The translations under genes were made by a program, and so were the position numbers. The notes under the pieces were generated by a model, which was given only the letters and a program-made list of their open reading frames with translations, was not told the DNA's origin and ran no database searches. From the NCBI GenBank assembly GCA_010093815.1, contig ML996582.1: DNA of 64,000 bases. One strand, given 5' to 3'. This stretch comes from Pseudovirgaria hyperparasitica. Taxonomy: Eukaryota. The stretch's first letter is position 1; each line of letters opens with the position of its first letter. Below, one piece after another: positions 49,129 to 64,000 of this stretch.

Positions 49129-52100
49129 TTAAAGATATGGCATCCATAACGGATCGGCCATGCTCAGTTTCTTCGGATCCACTGCCTGCGCTACAAGATC
49201 CACAACCGTCTGGTTTGCCGGCAGGTTGCGCGCTTCTGGATGATTGCGTAATAACATCGCGCGCTTGTGCACCTGATTTGTGTTCAACGCCACTCCGTCG
49301 CGCATACTGACCTCTGACAATTGCCTCTTCTGGATGACGCTCCAGTTATGCATTTCGTCACGGATGAAGATAGACAGGATCATCTCTAGCTCGCCTTCGG
49401 GCTCCGTCAAGCAGCGTGCAATGGTCATGATTGCTGGCGCAAAAATGCCTTCTGTAGGTAGCGGGCCCATGAAAGTCTGTATGTTGGGCGTCAGACGGAA
49501 CGGCACAGGCTCCGGGTTGTGGAAGAGCGGCTTTGAGACGGCTAGCGCAGGAACGAGTTCGTTGCCCCAGATCTTGCCGGTGCTGCGCGATATGGTGACC
49601 TTTGAAGGATAGCGCATGTTCATGAACATCACGTAGGTCATGAATGTGAGTGCGGCGAGCTGGTAGCTAAAGGTTCGGCGGAACAGCCAATAGTCGTCAA
49701 AGTTGGGGTATGTAGCGCGGAAGTAGTCCATGAGGAGCGTGTTCGGGACATACTTGTCTTGAATAGCAACAAATGTCTCATGGCGGATGGTTGCGGCGCG
49801 CTCGGCATTTTGTTGTCGAATAGCATCGACATTAGAGTGGTTAGGCGGCGGGTTTTGGATGAGATTGGATCCAAGGGCGCGGAGCTTCTCAATGTTGAAC
49901 AGAACGGGATCGTCGCGGTTGATATTGTTGCGGCGGCAGTAATCTTCGAATACTACCTGCAAGTTGACATACGAAGAGTCATCTTGTATGAGGCGCGTCG
50001 TGACCGTGATGGGTACAATGAGTGGTAGATGGAACTGGAGGTTGCGCCTCCTACTTTCCTTGCGTTTGGACAGCACGACATTGAAGATTCGGAACAACTG
50101 CAGGATACGTTCCTCTCTTCGACTTGTCCGCGCAGCAGGGCATTGAACAGCAAAAGGGTGTATGCTTCCGTCGTGACCACGTATTTTGATTCTACGATAG
50201 CAGAGACCAGTGCCTCGGACTTGGTCCACGTCGGGGAGAAATCGTTCAATACGAATGAAATCCTGGTTCTTGTCGCGATGCTGAAGATATTGACCGGGTA
50301 CCTCTACCTCATCAAACTTTACGAATTTGAAATCACTCAATTGCTGGGAGTAAGACTCGAGCTCTTTCACCGCGGGCCGTCGGTCTAACTTCTCCTCAAA
50401 TCTATTGCGCCATTTGCGAAGCCTGTGGATATACTCGTACATGGTTGGCTTGATCGTGACAAACTCAGCCTCGAAAGCTTTGCGGATGTGCACTGGTAGC
50501 ATCGATTGTACGAATCGCGTGATGTTGGCTTCTGTGGACCCTGGCAACTTCTGCTCTTGAGCGTAATAACCTGGGGATCGCCCAACATAAGTCAAACCGT
50601 CATTCAATAACGCAACAATGAGTCGGTAAGCATCCTCGTCTGGAGGGCATTTGAAGAACTTCTGAATCTGATCCAGCATTGTCTCCAGGGAGAGTGCAAG
50701 CAATGGGAACGCAGTCTTCAATATAGAGGAGACTTCTTCGACATGGTCCCATGACTTCTTCGGGGTGTCTGTCTGATCTGTAGTTTTCGTTGCCAAAGCT
50801 TTCTTTTCGCCGTTTTGTGTCGCAGTGCCGTTGGCATTAGATGTGGCACCGTTCTCTTTCGCATCGCCGTTCGCAGTGCTTGGCCGACCCGTGCCACTGC
50901 CGGAAGTTTGAGGACGTTCTGGGGAGCTCTGCTTCACAGCTGGAGAGTTCTGAGCTCCCGCAGCTTGAGCCTGTTTCGCCTTCCTCTCCTTTTCTTCTTC
51001 GAGCTTTTTGGCAGTTTGGTATTCTTCTCTACTTACACGGAGATGACTGAAAAGTGCCTGGGGGTAAGTCTTCGCCAGTCTACCGAGGATATTCCTGCAG
51101 ACTTTCGCCTCTGGTCTGGAAAGGCCCAGAAGGAGTTGTGGGATGTAGGTGATCCAATACCACACCGGCGTCTCGCCCTTAAACTCCTCGAATGTATTGA
51201 CGAGCTTGTGATCGCTGTTATCCAAGCTCAGAAGCCATAGGATGCGCCCGAGGAGTTTCCGCGACTTGGCATTCTTGAATTGACCTGCAGCCTCGAGATA
51301 ACAGCTGATGGCTGAGGCTGCCTTGTCGAGGTCGGTCGGGTCACTCTTGAATAAGTTATCATTGTAACGTCCCCACTCGGCCCACGCTTTGGGTAATTTG
51401 ATATCAAAGTAGAGGGCGCTTCCAAATGCATCATTCGCCTCAGGCTTTTGATCTAATTCGGCGAGGAACATTCCTTTCAACGTATAAAACTCTGCCTTCT
51501 GTTGTTGGGTGAAGTAATTGAGATTCGTATTGTTGATGACGTCAAGCCCACTAGATAGCTCGGAGCGGTTCTGATAGTGGCATTTGGCCTGTTCTCGCAG
51601 CTTGAGGAAAGCTTCTTGGATCTCGATGTTGGGGAGCGTATAGATCTTGCTAAGTTGGCTGATGCAGACATCAGGAAGATTGTGCTTCCTGGCAACATGG
51701 GCAAATCGATTGATAATCCAGGCAGTCTCGTGGAAACCTCGATACGCAAAGGAGTTTCCTGTCGCATTGTTTCCCTGTTGAGGACCAAGTAGTGGAAGAT
51801 AGACGTTGTTGATGAGCTGGAAGATATGTTGTCGCCAGGTAACTAGGTCTTGCCACGCATTGATATCGTCCCAGAAGTTGGGTAGTCGGTCTCGCCATGT
51901 TCCTAAGAGCAACTTCAACTCCGTCGACTTTGTGTCTAAATTAGCTTGCGTTGTCAGCGACAAGCTTGTCGAAATGAGACTTGCGTCATGAAGCTCAACA
52001 AGTTGCTGGAAATTCTGCAAGATTGGAATGTGAGCGTTGGTGATTCGTTTGGGAAGTTGATGCCATTTTCGTATGGACAATTGAATCGCCTCGTCACAGA

Positions 52101-55100
52101 CACGATTGAAGTCTTGAGGATTCTCGGTTTTATTGTGGAATTTCAACAATGACATGAAAGCTTGGAAGAATGCTCGTCGAGGGGTGGGTGCGTCCGTGAG
52201 ACCCCTGATGGTAGTATCAAGCTGTTCTCTGTTCTCGGCATTTGTCCAGCCGTCCAGATGTCGATACATGGATTCAAGATATAAATCGCTGAAGTTCTCA
52301 TGCTTCGCGAACTCACCCAATATCTCCCATTGTTGCAGTTTCTGCGCACATACAACCCAGTGGTCCTCCCATAGCATGTACTCGCCGGCAGAATAAGGCA
52401 TTGCGCCAGTGCGTGCCTTAATCTGAGCAGCTTCGTATAAGGTCTGAGCTTTGTCCCACACACCACTTTGTTCGTATGAAACTGCAGCGGTAGTCTCAAT
52501 GTATTGGCTCCTTCTACGCCACGTCCCGTAGAAAAGGTCGTCTTCTTGTAGTGATGCGTATATTTCGAGGAGCGCATCAAGGTTACTCTCTCTGACTGTC
52601 ATATTATCGATGAGAGGTGTGATGGCGCACTCTTCCATATACACGGCTGATGGATACCATGCGTTGTACTGTTTTGCCAGGTACTTCATAATGTGAGGGG
52701 GAAACTTTACGCGAGGCTTCGTTCGAACAATAGCCTCTAACATTGTTTGGATGCAATTCGGTCTTTTATCGACTTGCCGGCCGTGGTATTCTTTAGTCAT
52801 TAATTGCAGCATGCCTTTCTCAAGATCCGTCTGGTCATCTTTATTGAGTGCTGACCAGAAAAGAGGAAAGAGGGCAACCCAGACATCATGGGCAAGCTTC
52901 GAATCCGTATGTTGCAGGTTCGCTAATGGCTCGAAAATATCTCTGACTTTGACGTCGCTGATCTGGGTCAAGAATCGCCTCTGAGAGGCTACCAAAGATT
53001 CCAGTTGGTCATCAACCATAACATCATCTAGTCTAGAGTCTTTGCTGTAATCTTTGACTAGCCATGATGCTGGTGTACCTCGGAAGTCCTCGGCATGGAG
53101 CTGCGCAGGTGTATTCATCTCTAAGGATCCCACAATGAGATGAATTACCTGACTGAGCCAATAGCTCTCGGCCAGCGTATCCCAATGCTGTGACGTCAAG
53201 ACATAGCTGATTCGGCTGCTAGCAGTACGACTAAGGCTGCGGTCGAAAATAGATAAAAATCGGTTACGCATCTCTACGTCTTGTGCCCTGGTTCCTATGA
53301 GGAATGCATGCTCCATACGGACAGTCAGTTCAGACCGAGTGATCTTCGGGTCTTCGTAGATGCGAATAACGAGGTTCAGATATCTAGCCAAGAGAGTTTG
53401 GTCGGGTCTTTGCTCGAAGGTCTGCATCTTCGTTAGAACTGCAGTCTTTTCCTTCAGTGTTGGCACCGGGTCGGAGGATTTGAAGACCCAGGTCTCCACG
53501 AGGTCAAGAATTTTCATGCAAACTGCATGACTCTGTGATCTCTCTACGAGTGAGGCCAGTACGCTCAGATAGGGACGACGTTGTTCGCTCAGCTGATTCA
53601 TTCGTGCAGCAAGCAGGTCGATAACCTTGAGAACAACACCAGTCAAAATCTCTACCTCATGAGGCTCCATTTGAGGTTGGGCGCTATCCGGACGTTGTGG
53701 TAAAGGAGGCTGTCCGGCGGTCGGTATCTGCGAGCTCAAATGGTCTTTGGCAAGCTTGCCTTGCAGAGCCTTCATGACCATTTGGATGTGTGGGTCTATC
53801 TCGTCTGGCTTCTTTTGACACAAAGTCCAGAGGATATTGATCGCAGAGACATAATTACCATTATTTAGACCTTCCGCAGCAACATTACTGAGGAAACTGA
53901 CGAACTCCGTTGACGGAGTCTCCTCACTGGCACCCTCGTCATCGACGGTGGACTCTGGCATGACCTCGAGTATCCTTCCAAGAAGACTTTTCAGGTTGAT
54001 TGTTCCATCTTCATTCTCTTCCGAGCAGTGCAACGCGGCTTGGCTATCGGCATGCTCTGTTCGGATTGAACGCTCGAGGATCCTTTGCAGCTGAGCTATT
54101 CTCTGCAAGACCCAGCCGTCGTCTTTGACATTGACGATTATCTTGAGCATCTGTAGAGTGTTGATGATTCGCGTAGAATATGCCTCGGCCTTCTCTTTGG
54201 GGTTGCGGTCTGTCGTCAGAATCTCTTCGATCTTCTTGGTCAGTATCGGATCCAAGTCCAGGTCTTTCCATGTTCGTAGAAGATCGCGTAAGAGCTGCGA
54301 GCCCTTCTTACAGACGTCAGCAGAACTGCTTGCGCTGTGCAATAACGATGTTGACACTTCTTTCTTGTCCTTTTCTTTCACTGCTAGAGAGGGTATGGGA
54401 TACCTCTCCGGAAGGTACGCTATGAATGAGACCAAATACTTAATCAAGACCATGCGCAGTTGTGTGTTCGCAACATACGTCTTTGCCGGGGTCTCAGATA
54501 CGGTCCCGTCTGCCTTTCGCTTCACACCCTGGGGCGAGTTTGACATATGCTCCGAGGAAGCTGATGAGTTCGTCCAGGTCATCTCTTCCCATTGGTATAC
54601 TAAATTGATAAGATTCAGAGCCATCTTCTTGTTATCATTTGAAGGGTTCGGCGGTGCTGCGACTTTGTTCAGAGCTGGGACGATGATTTGAGCCAATGGC
54701 TCTCTAGCTTCATAGAACAAGTCTGCATGTCGTACGAGAAAATGGAAGATACTCATCAGCTGTTGGAGGTTCGACGTCTCATCGGCGAGAGTCTTGCGTG
54801 CGATTCGAGCCCACATGGGCATCTTATGGTTATCTGTGCTCATCATGCGTTTCTTCAATACAGGAGCAAGAAGTTCCAAAGACTGCATGACCAGTGTCCG
54901 GCCTTCATTCTGATGTGCCTTAAGAGAGTCTCTATAAGTTTGCACGACAATTCTCATAGGACAGTCCCAAATGGCGATAAAAAACGAGACTAGAACAAAA
55001 GCAGCATGTTTCGTAATAACGTCTTCAAGTCGTTGCGTGTACGCCCAAGCGAATTTGATCACGACCTTGCGAGTGTCGTTTACGATGCTGGAATGATATT

Positions 55101-58100
55101 TGACGAGAAGAGTGCTGAGCTGGAGAAGTTCCATTCTCGAATGGTCTACTCCTAATTGCGATGTTTCGTCTGCCGGGTCAGTGATTGCATGGTGGCCCCA
55201 CAACTTGTGGGTGATGAGATCGTTCATCCCCTTGTCCATCAACTTGGTACCTTTGGACGAACCAAACAATGTGTCCCAATTGCGCATGATGTCCATAGCA
55301 AAGATGGGGTTGACTAGATACTTGAACGTAAAGGTCTTGGTACGCTGTGAGGTATTCCTAGAGGTGTAAAGGTCGATACATCGAGTGACAATTTGTCTCC
55401 AATACTCGATGGAAGTACTTGATATCATCTGAGTGTATATGAAGCTGAAAAGCGAAGGGGTGCTCTTGAGTTTCTCGGATGTTACTGCGTCAATGAGTTC
55501 GAAGAAGATATCAAGATTGTTCGGCTCGTGTGAGAGGTACGTGATGAAAATCTCAATGACATATTCGCCTGCCTGTTCAACGGCCAGACGAAGATCGGCA
55601 TCAATTTCATTCTGTCGCAAGTTCGTTTCGAGTAATTTCGCTGCTTCCAACAACGCTTTGCGTAGGTTCGCATTGTCGACAAGCCAAGTACTGGATGCTT
55701 CGTGTCCACAGATGGAGTGAACGACATGAATTGCATTCACATAAGCCACGTACTTCTCTTTCTGGCTTCCTTCGACGCTCATGGCTTTGATGAAGGCTTC
55801 TGTATCGCTCATAACCTCTTCCCTTATACCCGAACTACCAGGGTCCTGTAGGAGCTGCGCAAAGAACCGACCCTGGTCCACGTCCTTTAATAAAGGACAG
55901 AAATACTCTCTTGACTCCTTTGGGTATTGGTTCAGGTACTTCAACAGCGGTTCGCGGAAAGGACTATAATGTGTACGTCGAAGGGCGGTCTCCAGCTCCA
56001 CAACCTTTTTTACAAGCAGCGGAAGAAATGTGATTGCAGCTGGAGGAAGCAGATGGAAGACATTGAAAATGGCGGTCACAATCCTCATCGACCGGTTCTG
56101 GTCAATGAGTGTAAATGACGTCTTTTGCAAAGTGGTGGTATCCGCTATTGTCTTCATGTGTTCCAGTAGTCGGGACCCTATCTCAACCTTGAAATAAGTC
56201 GTGAGCAGCTTCAGAAGGCGCGCTAGACCGTCTAAGCCCTCAACGCTCAATTTTCGCGGATCCTGTAAGTTGACCAGTATAGGTCGCAGCCCGCTTTGAA
56301 GAACATCTTTTGGTAACTTGTTTGTGGTTGCTAAGACTCCCTTGAGGCCTTCATTCGCAGCTTCTATAAGTTCCATGTTTTTTGAGTACAAGGCTTTGAA
56401 GAACACGGATATGATCCGAAGAAAGCTCTGATTTGGGGGTGTAATACTGAATTCTTTTTGGCTCTGTGCTGTCGAAAGCATTCGAATACAAGCGACACGA
56501 AGATTGATAATTGATTCAGCATTTCTTTGTTCCTGAGGCTTATTCGGCGAGAGGTTCTCGTCTTCAGCATCGGCGAGCGCGAGAGACTCCATGAGGAGCC
56601 TTGTGAGCTGATCGTTGAATTCCAGTATTCCATTTTCAAGCTTGAGACAGTAGGTAATTGCGTCGATATAAGCAATCTGCACAGCGAAAGGCAGTGCACG
56701 GAGGGGTTTCGCAAATATCGGCAACAGCACTTGGTTCTTTACCGGAGCCACAAGTTCATGCGTCGGGATCCCGGTGACTTCGGATAATGTGCTTAGTGAA
56801 GTACGTGTACCATATCGAACGTGCTTGTTCGTGTGAGATAAGTCATGGACAAGCGTGTATGTAAGCTGATATAAGACTGATTTAGGTTCGTTCAAGTCTT
56901 CCTTGGAAGCACCCTCATTACATTGGCGTAGAAGTCGCTCGAGTAGATCCTGGGCTTTGATCCTGGTCTTCGCTGTGAGGTCTTGTGGCATGTCTTTCAT
57001 AACGAACGTCAGGGCTCTAACGAGATCTAACTGGCGCTCGACAAGCCAGGCTTTGCTCAAGCCCAACCTGTTTATGAGTATCTCAATTCCAATTGTGCCA
57101 CCGGCTTTCATGAACCACTCTTGAGCGTGACAGTTGTGACAGAAGCGGGTGGCGAGATGAGAGAAGAACGGGAAAGATTCGACTTTATCTGGTGATCCAA
57201 ATATGATCGCAGCAGCTTCCTTGAAATACATTACACATTCTTCCGCCGTTTCCCTGACCAGCTTCGAATCAGAGGCAAGGGATTCACCGATGGCTTCGAT
57301 GATAGCCTGGTTGTCAATGTATATCGGGCCTTCACCACAGGTAGGGTCAAAAGGCTTGTGATCATGGTTCGCACCAGCGAGCGCCCATCCATTCTCTAGA
57401 AGTGCAAAATGTCGACAAAGACTCTGTAGAAACGACGATGCTTCGGCCCTGATTTCTGGGAGAGTATTTGCGAATATGCACGCTTTCAGAAGTCGCTTCA
57501 AAGTGTCCTGCTGGACGGCCTTCTTGGCGAGGGAAGTATCCCGATGAGAAGTGCCGAGCAGGTCATGTTCTCGGTCCCATTTCTTCTCATACACATCGTT
57601 TGCCTGGAGGCGGATACGTTGGGCGAAATCGTCAGGCAGTGAATCAAGGCCAAGTAGCATCTTCGTTTGCGCCACTATCAAGCGATAGGCTTGCTTCTTA
57701 TGAAAAGTATCGGATTTCTTCGCCGCGGGCAATTTTGGCTGTTCCATTAGTTTGCTAATGGCTAGGTTCGTCCCAGTCGCCGCAGGAAAGGCACGATCTT
57801 TTGTCGAGCCAATAAGACGCACGTCGAAACTCGCTTCGTCATCGGTGTACGGTTGGAATGATAGCGTTGGTGGTTCTGTCAAAAACTTCCTGTTACGACC
57901 ACCCAGCTTCCCAAGTATGCGCATTGTGGTATGAGCGTGAAAATGGCTGTATGGATTTGGTTTAAGGTGTTCCCAGAGTGCTGCCATCAACTCGTCAATG
58001 ACTGGTGCCATGATAGGGTCAAGATAATCAGCTGTGAGGTTATCCACGCATAGCTCAAGCGTCCGAAGCCCTTGACCCACTAGTTCAGAGCCGGCACCAA

Positions 58101-60652
58101 GAGCTACAACAAGCGGTCTCATGAGATAGCTTAAGTGTGGAAGTAAGTTGCTTAGCCTTGCGGGCACGGTGAGGGACAGTTCCACGAAGAGATCTCTCTC
58201 AGAAGGTTTCGAAGCAGCCATCAACAGGTTGTTCAAGACTTCCAGAAGCATTTCAAGGAGGGGAAGGATTTCTTTGTAGAGGTGTTCAAACCTCCCTCCA
58301 CCAATGCTTCTGAATAGAGATCTCAGTAGAAGAAAATAGTTGGTAGGCTCTTCCGCGGTAGTCGACAGTTGGATCGACTTTGTGATGATCTTACTAACGT
58401 GCGGCAGAAGTACAGGCTCATTCACCTGATGAAACAACGTTACCGCCATGAAGGATAGCTTGAAAAGACGTAGAAGGATCGAAGCTTTCTTCACGTCCAG
58501 GGTGCCCACTTCATCGATTCTCTCAATGAGAAATTGTAACAGCATGCCAGCAAAGCTTGAGGACGTAGCTTCGCTAGCTAGGAGAAATTGAGGAATGTGC
58601 ATTAACGCGGAATGCTCAAACATCATCTCATACATGTGAGGGATTTCCGAATGAAAGATCTCGTGGAATGTTGCTGGGTCGACGTAATGAAAGACGGCAC
58701 CTAAAGTCTCTAACAGTTCCTTCTCCTCCTTTTCCGCAGCCATCATGTGTTGATTTCCGAGTAATTCGCTTGGTGAGAGTTGTTGGAACTCGGAACTGTC
58801 ACGATCAATACCATAGTATCTGAACACGAGAGCTCCTTCATGAAATAGCTTGATGAGAACTTTGACCTCCTCACCATTGTAGCCATAAGAGACCTCATTC
58901 CAATTCGCTGGAAGGTTCTGCATCTCCATTTCCTCTTTGACGCGCGGGTGGTTACATGCTCGAAGCTGGTAGAATAAATTCTTGAGTCCGTGTAGAAGAT
59001 TTTTGAACAAGAACTTGTTGTCGGCGATTGGATCTGTACTTCGCTCTCGAGGATTCGATGTCTTGATGGGCGTAGCACTAAAGATATCGATCTCATCCCA
59101 GTCCGGAGGGTGGTCTTTCTCAGCCATGTGATCTTCGGGCATAGCATCAATGGACGGTTGTGAATACTGTGCAGAGAGCTTTACCGCGTTCTTAAACTGT
59201 CTATTCATGGCCGCGAATTTGTCTCCTATCGCATTGAGGATCATGATGAGAAAATAACGGGCATCCTCTTTAGGCTCAAGCTTCGCGATGCATTCCGCCA
59301 TGTTCAGCAAAAGCTTAGCGCTCATTGTCTGAAAGCTGGTCCCGGGGAACGAATCATGAAGATTCTTGGTGTAGACTTCTACTGTCCTTCTGATTTGCTC
59401 TTTAGACAATGATTCGCGCAGATGATGAATAAGATCCGCAAGCATACTATATGCGAGGGGTCGCATAGTTTCATAAACTGTCAATCCATCACCGATCAAG
59501 GTTCTCTCGTCCAAAAGCTCATCGATCTTATGTAAGAAGATTGTCCTGAAGTTGAAATTGATAATGTGTCGAATGGCCACAAGCAATTCTTTCCGAGTCC
59601 CAGATTTCTCCCTTGGGCAATCTTTCAGGAGGCGCACCACGATGTCCGGTAGCGTAGGGAGGAAGTCTGACAGTTGTTTGCTATACACCCTGAGCAGATA
59701 AGCCAAGAAGCTCATGGTCTTCACTTGTGCTGTGATGAACTCCCCGAAAGCAGTTCGATTCATGATGTCTTTGCTGACACCGGTGAAAGTCTTGCCTTGC
59801 GTCTTGGCCTCCGCATGTGCCTTCTCTTGAGGTTTCGCTTGCAGCATCAACACCTGCTTGATCAGCGGTACAAACAACTGTACGTTTTTGTTCACGCAAG
59901 ACCTATATGCTTGAAAGAGCGAGACAACAATGATCGGACACTCGGCGAGTACTTTGAAGGACTGCATTCCTTTCAAAAGCGGTCGAGCCTGCTGCTGTTC
60001 TCCAGGAAGTTCGGAAGCCAAGGATGCTATCGACGCTGCTGGCGAGCCCGGTCGGGGTGATTGTGAATACTGGTGATTCCCTGGAGTTGATGGTACAGCT
60101 GGCGCCGGACTTGGATTGTCAAACGTTTCATTGACAACTGACTCCATGGTCTTGAACATCTCCTGGATCAAGTCTAAGAACGGTTGAACTCGATCTGCAA
60201 GCGCTTTCGTTTGATGTCGTTGGAATTCCATGATCGATTTCATGCATAGAACAGCGTTCTCTTCGTTTTCCACCTTTACCAGAGTCATAAGCTTGTCAAC
60301 TATCGGGGCTGCATAGGGCTCTATTATGTCCGACGGAGTCATGGGTAGTCGGCGCAGGATCTCGAGAACGCAGTTCCGCAGTCGCTGCTCTGGGGAAGTG
60401 CTTACGAACACCGGCGAGCTGTCCAATATCTTGAAAAACACGGGTATGAATGTATCGAGGAATTCTTTGTACTGGGGAGACTGACACCAGACCTCGACAT
60501 TGTCACGCAATTCCACAGCAACGTTGCCTTTCTGTTTGACATCTGTCGAGCCATTTAGTACTTTTAGACCTCCCTTGGATATTTTCAGACATACCTAGAC
60601 TGCTGTCTTCTAGTTTGGCTGCAAGAGCCGCAATGTTTCTCTCCCCTGCCAT
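49129..60652 (-). CDS. TRA1: Tra1/TRRAP, PIKK-family pseudokinase subunit of SAGA/NuA4, 3823 aa; exons 60652-60595 and 60542-49129
   Basis: A 52-nt intron (GTATGT..CTAAA..CAG) joins MAGERNIAALAAKLEDSSL|DVKQKGNVAVELRD. SFKVLAECPIIVV, HEAT/FAT regions, GHDGSIHPFAVQ, PVPFRLTPNIQ, and FATC end MADPLWMPYL. Confidence 0.98.
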
Positions 60653-61759
60653 CTCGAAGTGGCAGATCAGCCAGTTATGGTGTTGGTGAAGCACCTCCCG
60701 CTAGGGAGTGCAAAGAGGTAGGAAGGCGGATGCGAGGTGTTGACTTGACTGTAGATGCGTTTGGTCATTGGCAAGAAAGCTGATGTATTCTGAGTGGAAG
60801 ATGGCGAAGTGCGCGCTTAATTGGAAGGTTTACTAATTATTCTTGAAATAGGCCGTCGTCAAGAAATTAATATTCAGTCGTATGGAAAAGGCTGGAAGGA
60901 AAGTCGTGAAGTTCGAAGGTTGATGGGCCTAGCAACAGCGCGCATGTATGCCTTGAGCCTCAAGTCGCGAGGCAGCGCAGCGTCACGAAAGAAAGCTGGG
61001 GGCATGGCTTGATACTGAAAGCCAGCGGTCACGTGTGGGTAAAATGATTGGCTGCAATTTGCTATGTGCGAATTGGGTACGAACACTGTCCCGAAGCACA
61101 AACGTGAAAGATCAAAATTGCGACCACTTCTGTGGTGATTCCAGCTACATATGGATGCTATATACGAACATATGCCTTATACACTCGTTCTTTCCAAGAT
61201 TGCCTAGTCATAGAGCTCTTTCGAGCTGGGGCTATACATACTTTTCAACAGCTGCCTCGCTGTACTAACGTATCTATATATCTAATAGCACATCATAGGC
61301 AGGATTTCTCTGTTCCGGCTTTGAGTACTACATTATCAAAATGATACGCTACGAACAAGTAAGGACAAAATATGTATTAGAGGATGTGGGTGGCTTGTTG
61401 TTGTTCTCTCAGTCCATGAATGAGAGACTAAGACTGGTTAATGATGGACGGAACCAATCGGGGCACGACTTCGCCGAACTGACTTCCGCGCTTGGCCGCA
61501 TGCCAGGAGCCTTGAAATACGCCAGGCAGGGCATGGCCAGTTACCTACCATAGTAAACCTCAGCGCGATTCTGGTGACAAACAAGAGCGAATCTTTCCCA
61601 AACAGATTACTTCACATTGCCTTACTGTACCCTCCCACTTTCAAGCACGATTTTAGTACTCCCCTCACGCCAAAGTCTATCTCGAGAACACCGGCTTCAT
61701 ACTCTTTCGCACGGCTGCCCCGCGTCATCGTAATACAACGCCTTCCAAGATTGTCCATC

Positions 61760-63091
61760 ATGACTTCAGAGCAGAACGACGCTCTCATCTCTCAGTTTAT
61801 CGCTGTTGCCGGTCCGTCCGTACAACCTGAGCAGGTTGGTGATTGTAGGGACCTTCCTTTGCCCTCAGTATACTTATAATCATTCTAGGCGCAGGGCTAT
61901 CTCGCTGCAGCGAGCTGGAACGTCGAGGAAGCCCTTCAAACATTCTTCGCGGCGAATGATGGGGAAGAGCAAGATACATCCGAAGAGCAAGAAGCAGCAT
62001 ATACTGGTCCCCGCACACTTGATGGCAGGCCAGCACCAGGATATGCTGGCGAGGCTACATCAATGCCTTCGTCGTCAGCCCGTGGCAAACAACCGCAGAA
62101 GGGCGGCTTGAGAACACTGAAGGATATCCAGGGAGACAGTGGCCATAGCCATGATGACGAGGATGACGAAGATGATGATAAAGACCAAGACATGTTTGCC
62201 GGAGGTGAGAAATCAGGTCTTGCGGTCCAAAACCCGGGGCAATCGAGCGATCCTCAAGCTCAGATTAGGGACATGCTCAAAAAGGCACAGAGGTATGCGG
62301 TGCGACTCGTACTGTTAGTTAGGTATTGACAGCTCGACAGGAATGATCCACGACCTGGGGGCGAAGATACAGATCGGCCACGCCCACGTTTCACCGGCAC
62401 AGGTCAAACTCTTGGTGGCGATGACACCCCAAGTCGAGTCGTTACACAAGCATCGCCTCAACGACCAGTAGTTGCGGCACCTGAACGACGTGACCTTCAC
62501 ATCTGGAGAAACGGCTTCTCGGTGGATGACGGTCCACTCTATCGCTACGATGACCCAGCAAACGCCGGCTATCTAGAGATGATCAATCGAGGACAAGCCC
62601 CTGTCCAATTAATGAACGCTCAACACGGACAAGAGTTGGACGTTCACCTCTCGATGCATAAAGAAGACGACTATGTGAAACCCAAGGCCAAATACAAGCC
62701 CTTTGGAGGATCTGGACAGAGACTGGGAAGCCCCACGCCTGGTGCTTCAGGCCCAGCGGCGGCCACGAGCAGCGCTCCTCCACCGACTCAATCGACTACC
62801 GCCACACCGCCTGGTAGCTCTGCGCCCATCATAGATGTTGACGAGGCACAACCAACGCTTGCTTTACAAATCCGGCTAGGTGATGGTACTCGCTTGCGAT
62901 CGCGGTTCAACGCGAGTCACACCATTGGAGATGTCTATACGTTTGTTAACAGCGCAAGCCCAACCAGCGCTCAGCGTCCATGGGCTTTGATGACCACCTT
63001 CCCTAGCAAAGAGCTTTCAGACAAGACTCTCAAATTAGGTGACGTGGAGGATCTTAAGCGTGGTGGTGTTGTCGTCCAGAAGTGGACATAG
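61760..63091 (+). CDS. SHP1: Cdc48/p97 adaptor Shp1/Ubx1/p47 (UBA-SEP-UBX), 409 aa; exons 61760-61834, 61889-62292, 62341-63091
   Basis: UBA-like LISQF...AQGYLAAASWNVEEALQTFF, MFAGGEKSGLAVQNP, FTGTGQTLG, SEP domain WRNGFSVDDGPL, SHP box FGGSGQRLGS, UBX domain LQIRLGDGTRL...TFPSKEL. Both introns restore frame. Confidence 0.95.
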
Positions 63092-64000
63092 AGTATCGTT
63101 GTGGTTGGAACATCAAAATCCTGGGTGGCGCGCTGGACAACGCATTGTGGTATCTGGCCAGTTGCGAAGAAGCACTACCACCAACACCTTGTAAGAGTAT
63201 TTCCTCCAGCTGTATGGCTTGGGAATACACATAACAAGAGGCATATTAAAGCATATATAGACACATGGGACCAGTGATTCAGCAGATCCAATCTTAGACT
63301 GGAGCGATCAACAGTTCATGGCTTGAGCCCTCGGACCCATAACAATCGGTAAAATAAAGAATGTACTTCTGAACAATTGTGCTTTGACAACGCGCAGTGA
63401 TGGCAGTCTTGTTAGTCCAGTACAACGAATACTCTGACGGGCTGTCTCCTCGCGACGAATGCGCGTGATTATGTCAGTAGAGAGTGCCTAGTGTAGTAGT
63501 AGTAACAGATCCTTTGAATGGTTGACCAGTTCATAGCGCAACGTCAACACATGCGCTAGACAAGGATTGAGATAGGACTAAGATAGTTCGCTGGACAGCT
63601 CAGTCTGATCATTAATTATTAGTGGCTTCCATTCCAGATCGTGTTTCGCCTTTGCATAATGTCTGTACAACGGATAGCAAGAGCTGGAGGCAGGCTTGAT
63701 AGCAGATTCACCTGGGACTTTGTAAGATCTTGTGCAACAAATACTGCAGGCATCGCAATCGACGGAAACAATTTGAAACTTGAGCTTATCACAGGCTAGA
63801 ATGAACCGTTCTCACTCTCGCACAACCGATGGCAGCACGAAGCAGTTCGCGTCCAAGAAGGACCCCACACTGGATGGAGCTGAGCAAGCAATCAGGCACA
63901 ACGCCTATGTGTCCATATCGGTTACATCATGCACCTTAGATGAAATTAGATTCGAGTACCGTGCGAGAGATGAGCACATATGTATGTTACTGTTCAATGT

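Overview
Eukaryotic DNA from a filamentous ascomycete (Pezizomycotina): short GT-AG introns (about 47-95 nt) with CTRAY-type branch points and fungal-type genes. I resolve 16 protein-coding genes, most with hand-derived exon structures. In order: a 5'-truncated acidic disordered protein with a C-terminal POT1-type OB fold; GH28 rhamnogalacturonase; DNAJC9-like J-protein; Rib2-like deaminase; SnoaL/NTF2-like protein; Stn1; Tri101/BAHD-like acyltransferase; a small secreted Cys protein; Pcl1/2-type cyclin; an uncharacterised membrane protein; an RRM/coiled-coil protein; GH31 glucosidase; RNI-like LRR protein; MDP-1 phosphatase; S8 subtilisin; and the divergent TRA1 / SHP1(UBX1) pair. About 14.2-20.4 kb is a repeat-rich, gene-poor island. 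The most notable observations are: (i) two in-frame 5' splice donors in the SnoaL-like gene that add or remove a 35-aa segment with 9 Trp; (ii) a 1,580-nt stretch upstream of the cyclin with no sense-strand ATG; (iii) a RIP-type CpA->TpA signature in a minisatellite near an effector-like gene; (iv) strong intergenic hairpins at 12.2 kb and 24.6 kb; (v) a cluster of PacC consensus sites upstream of the protease. No tRNA, rRNA, CRISPR array or intact transposon was recognised. Family calls come from motif recognition, not database searches.
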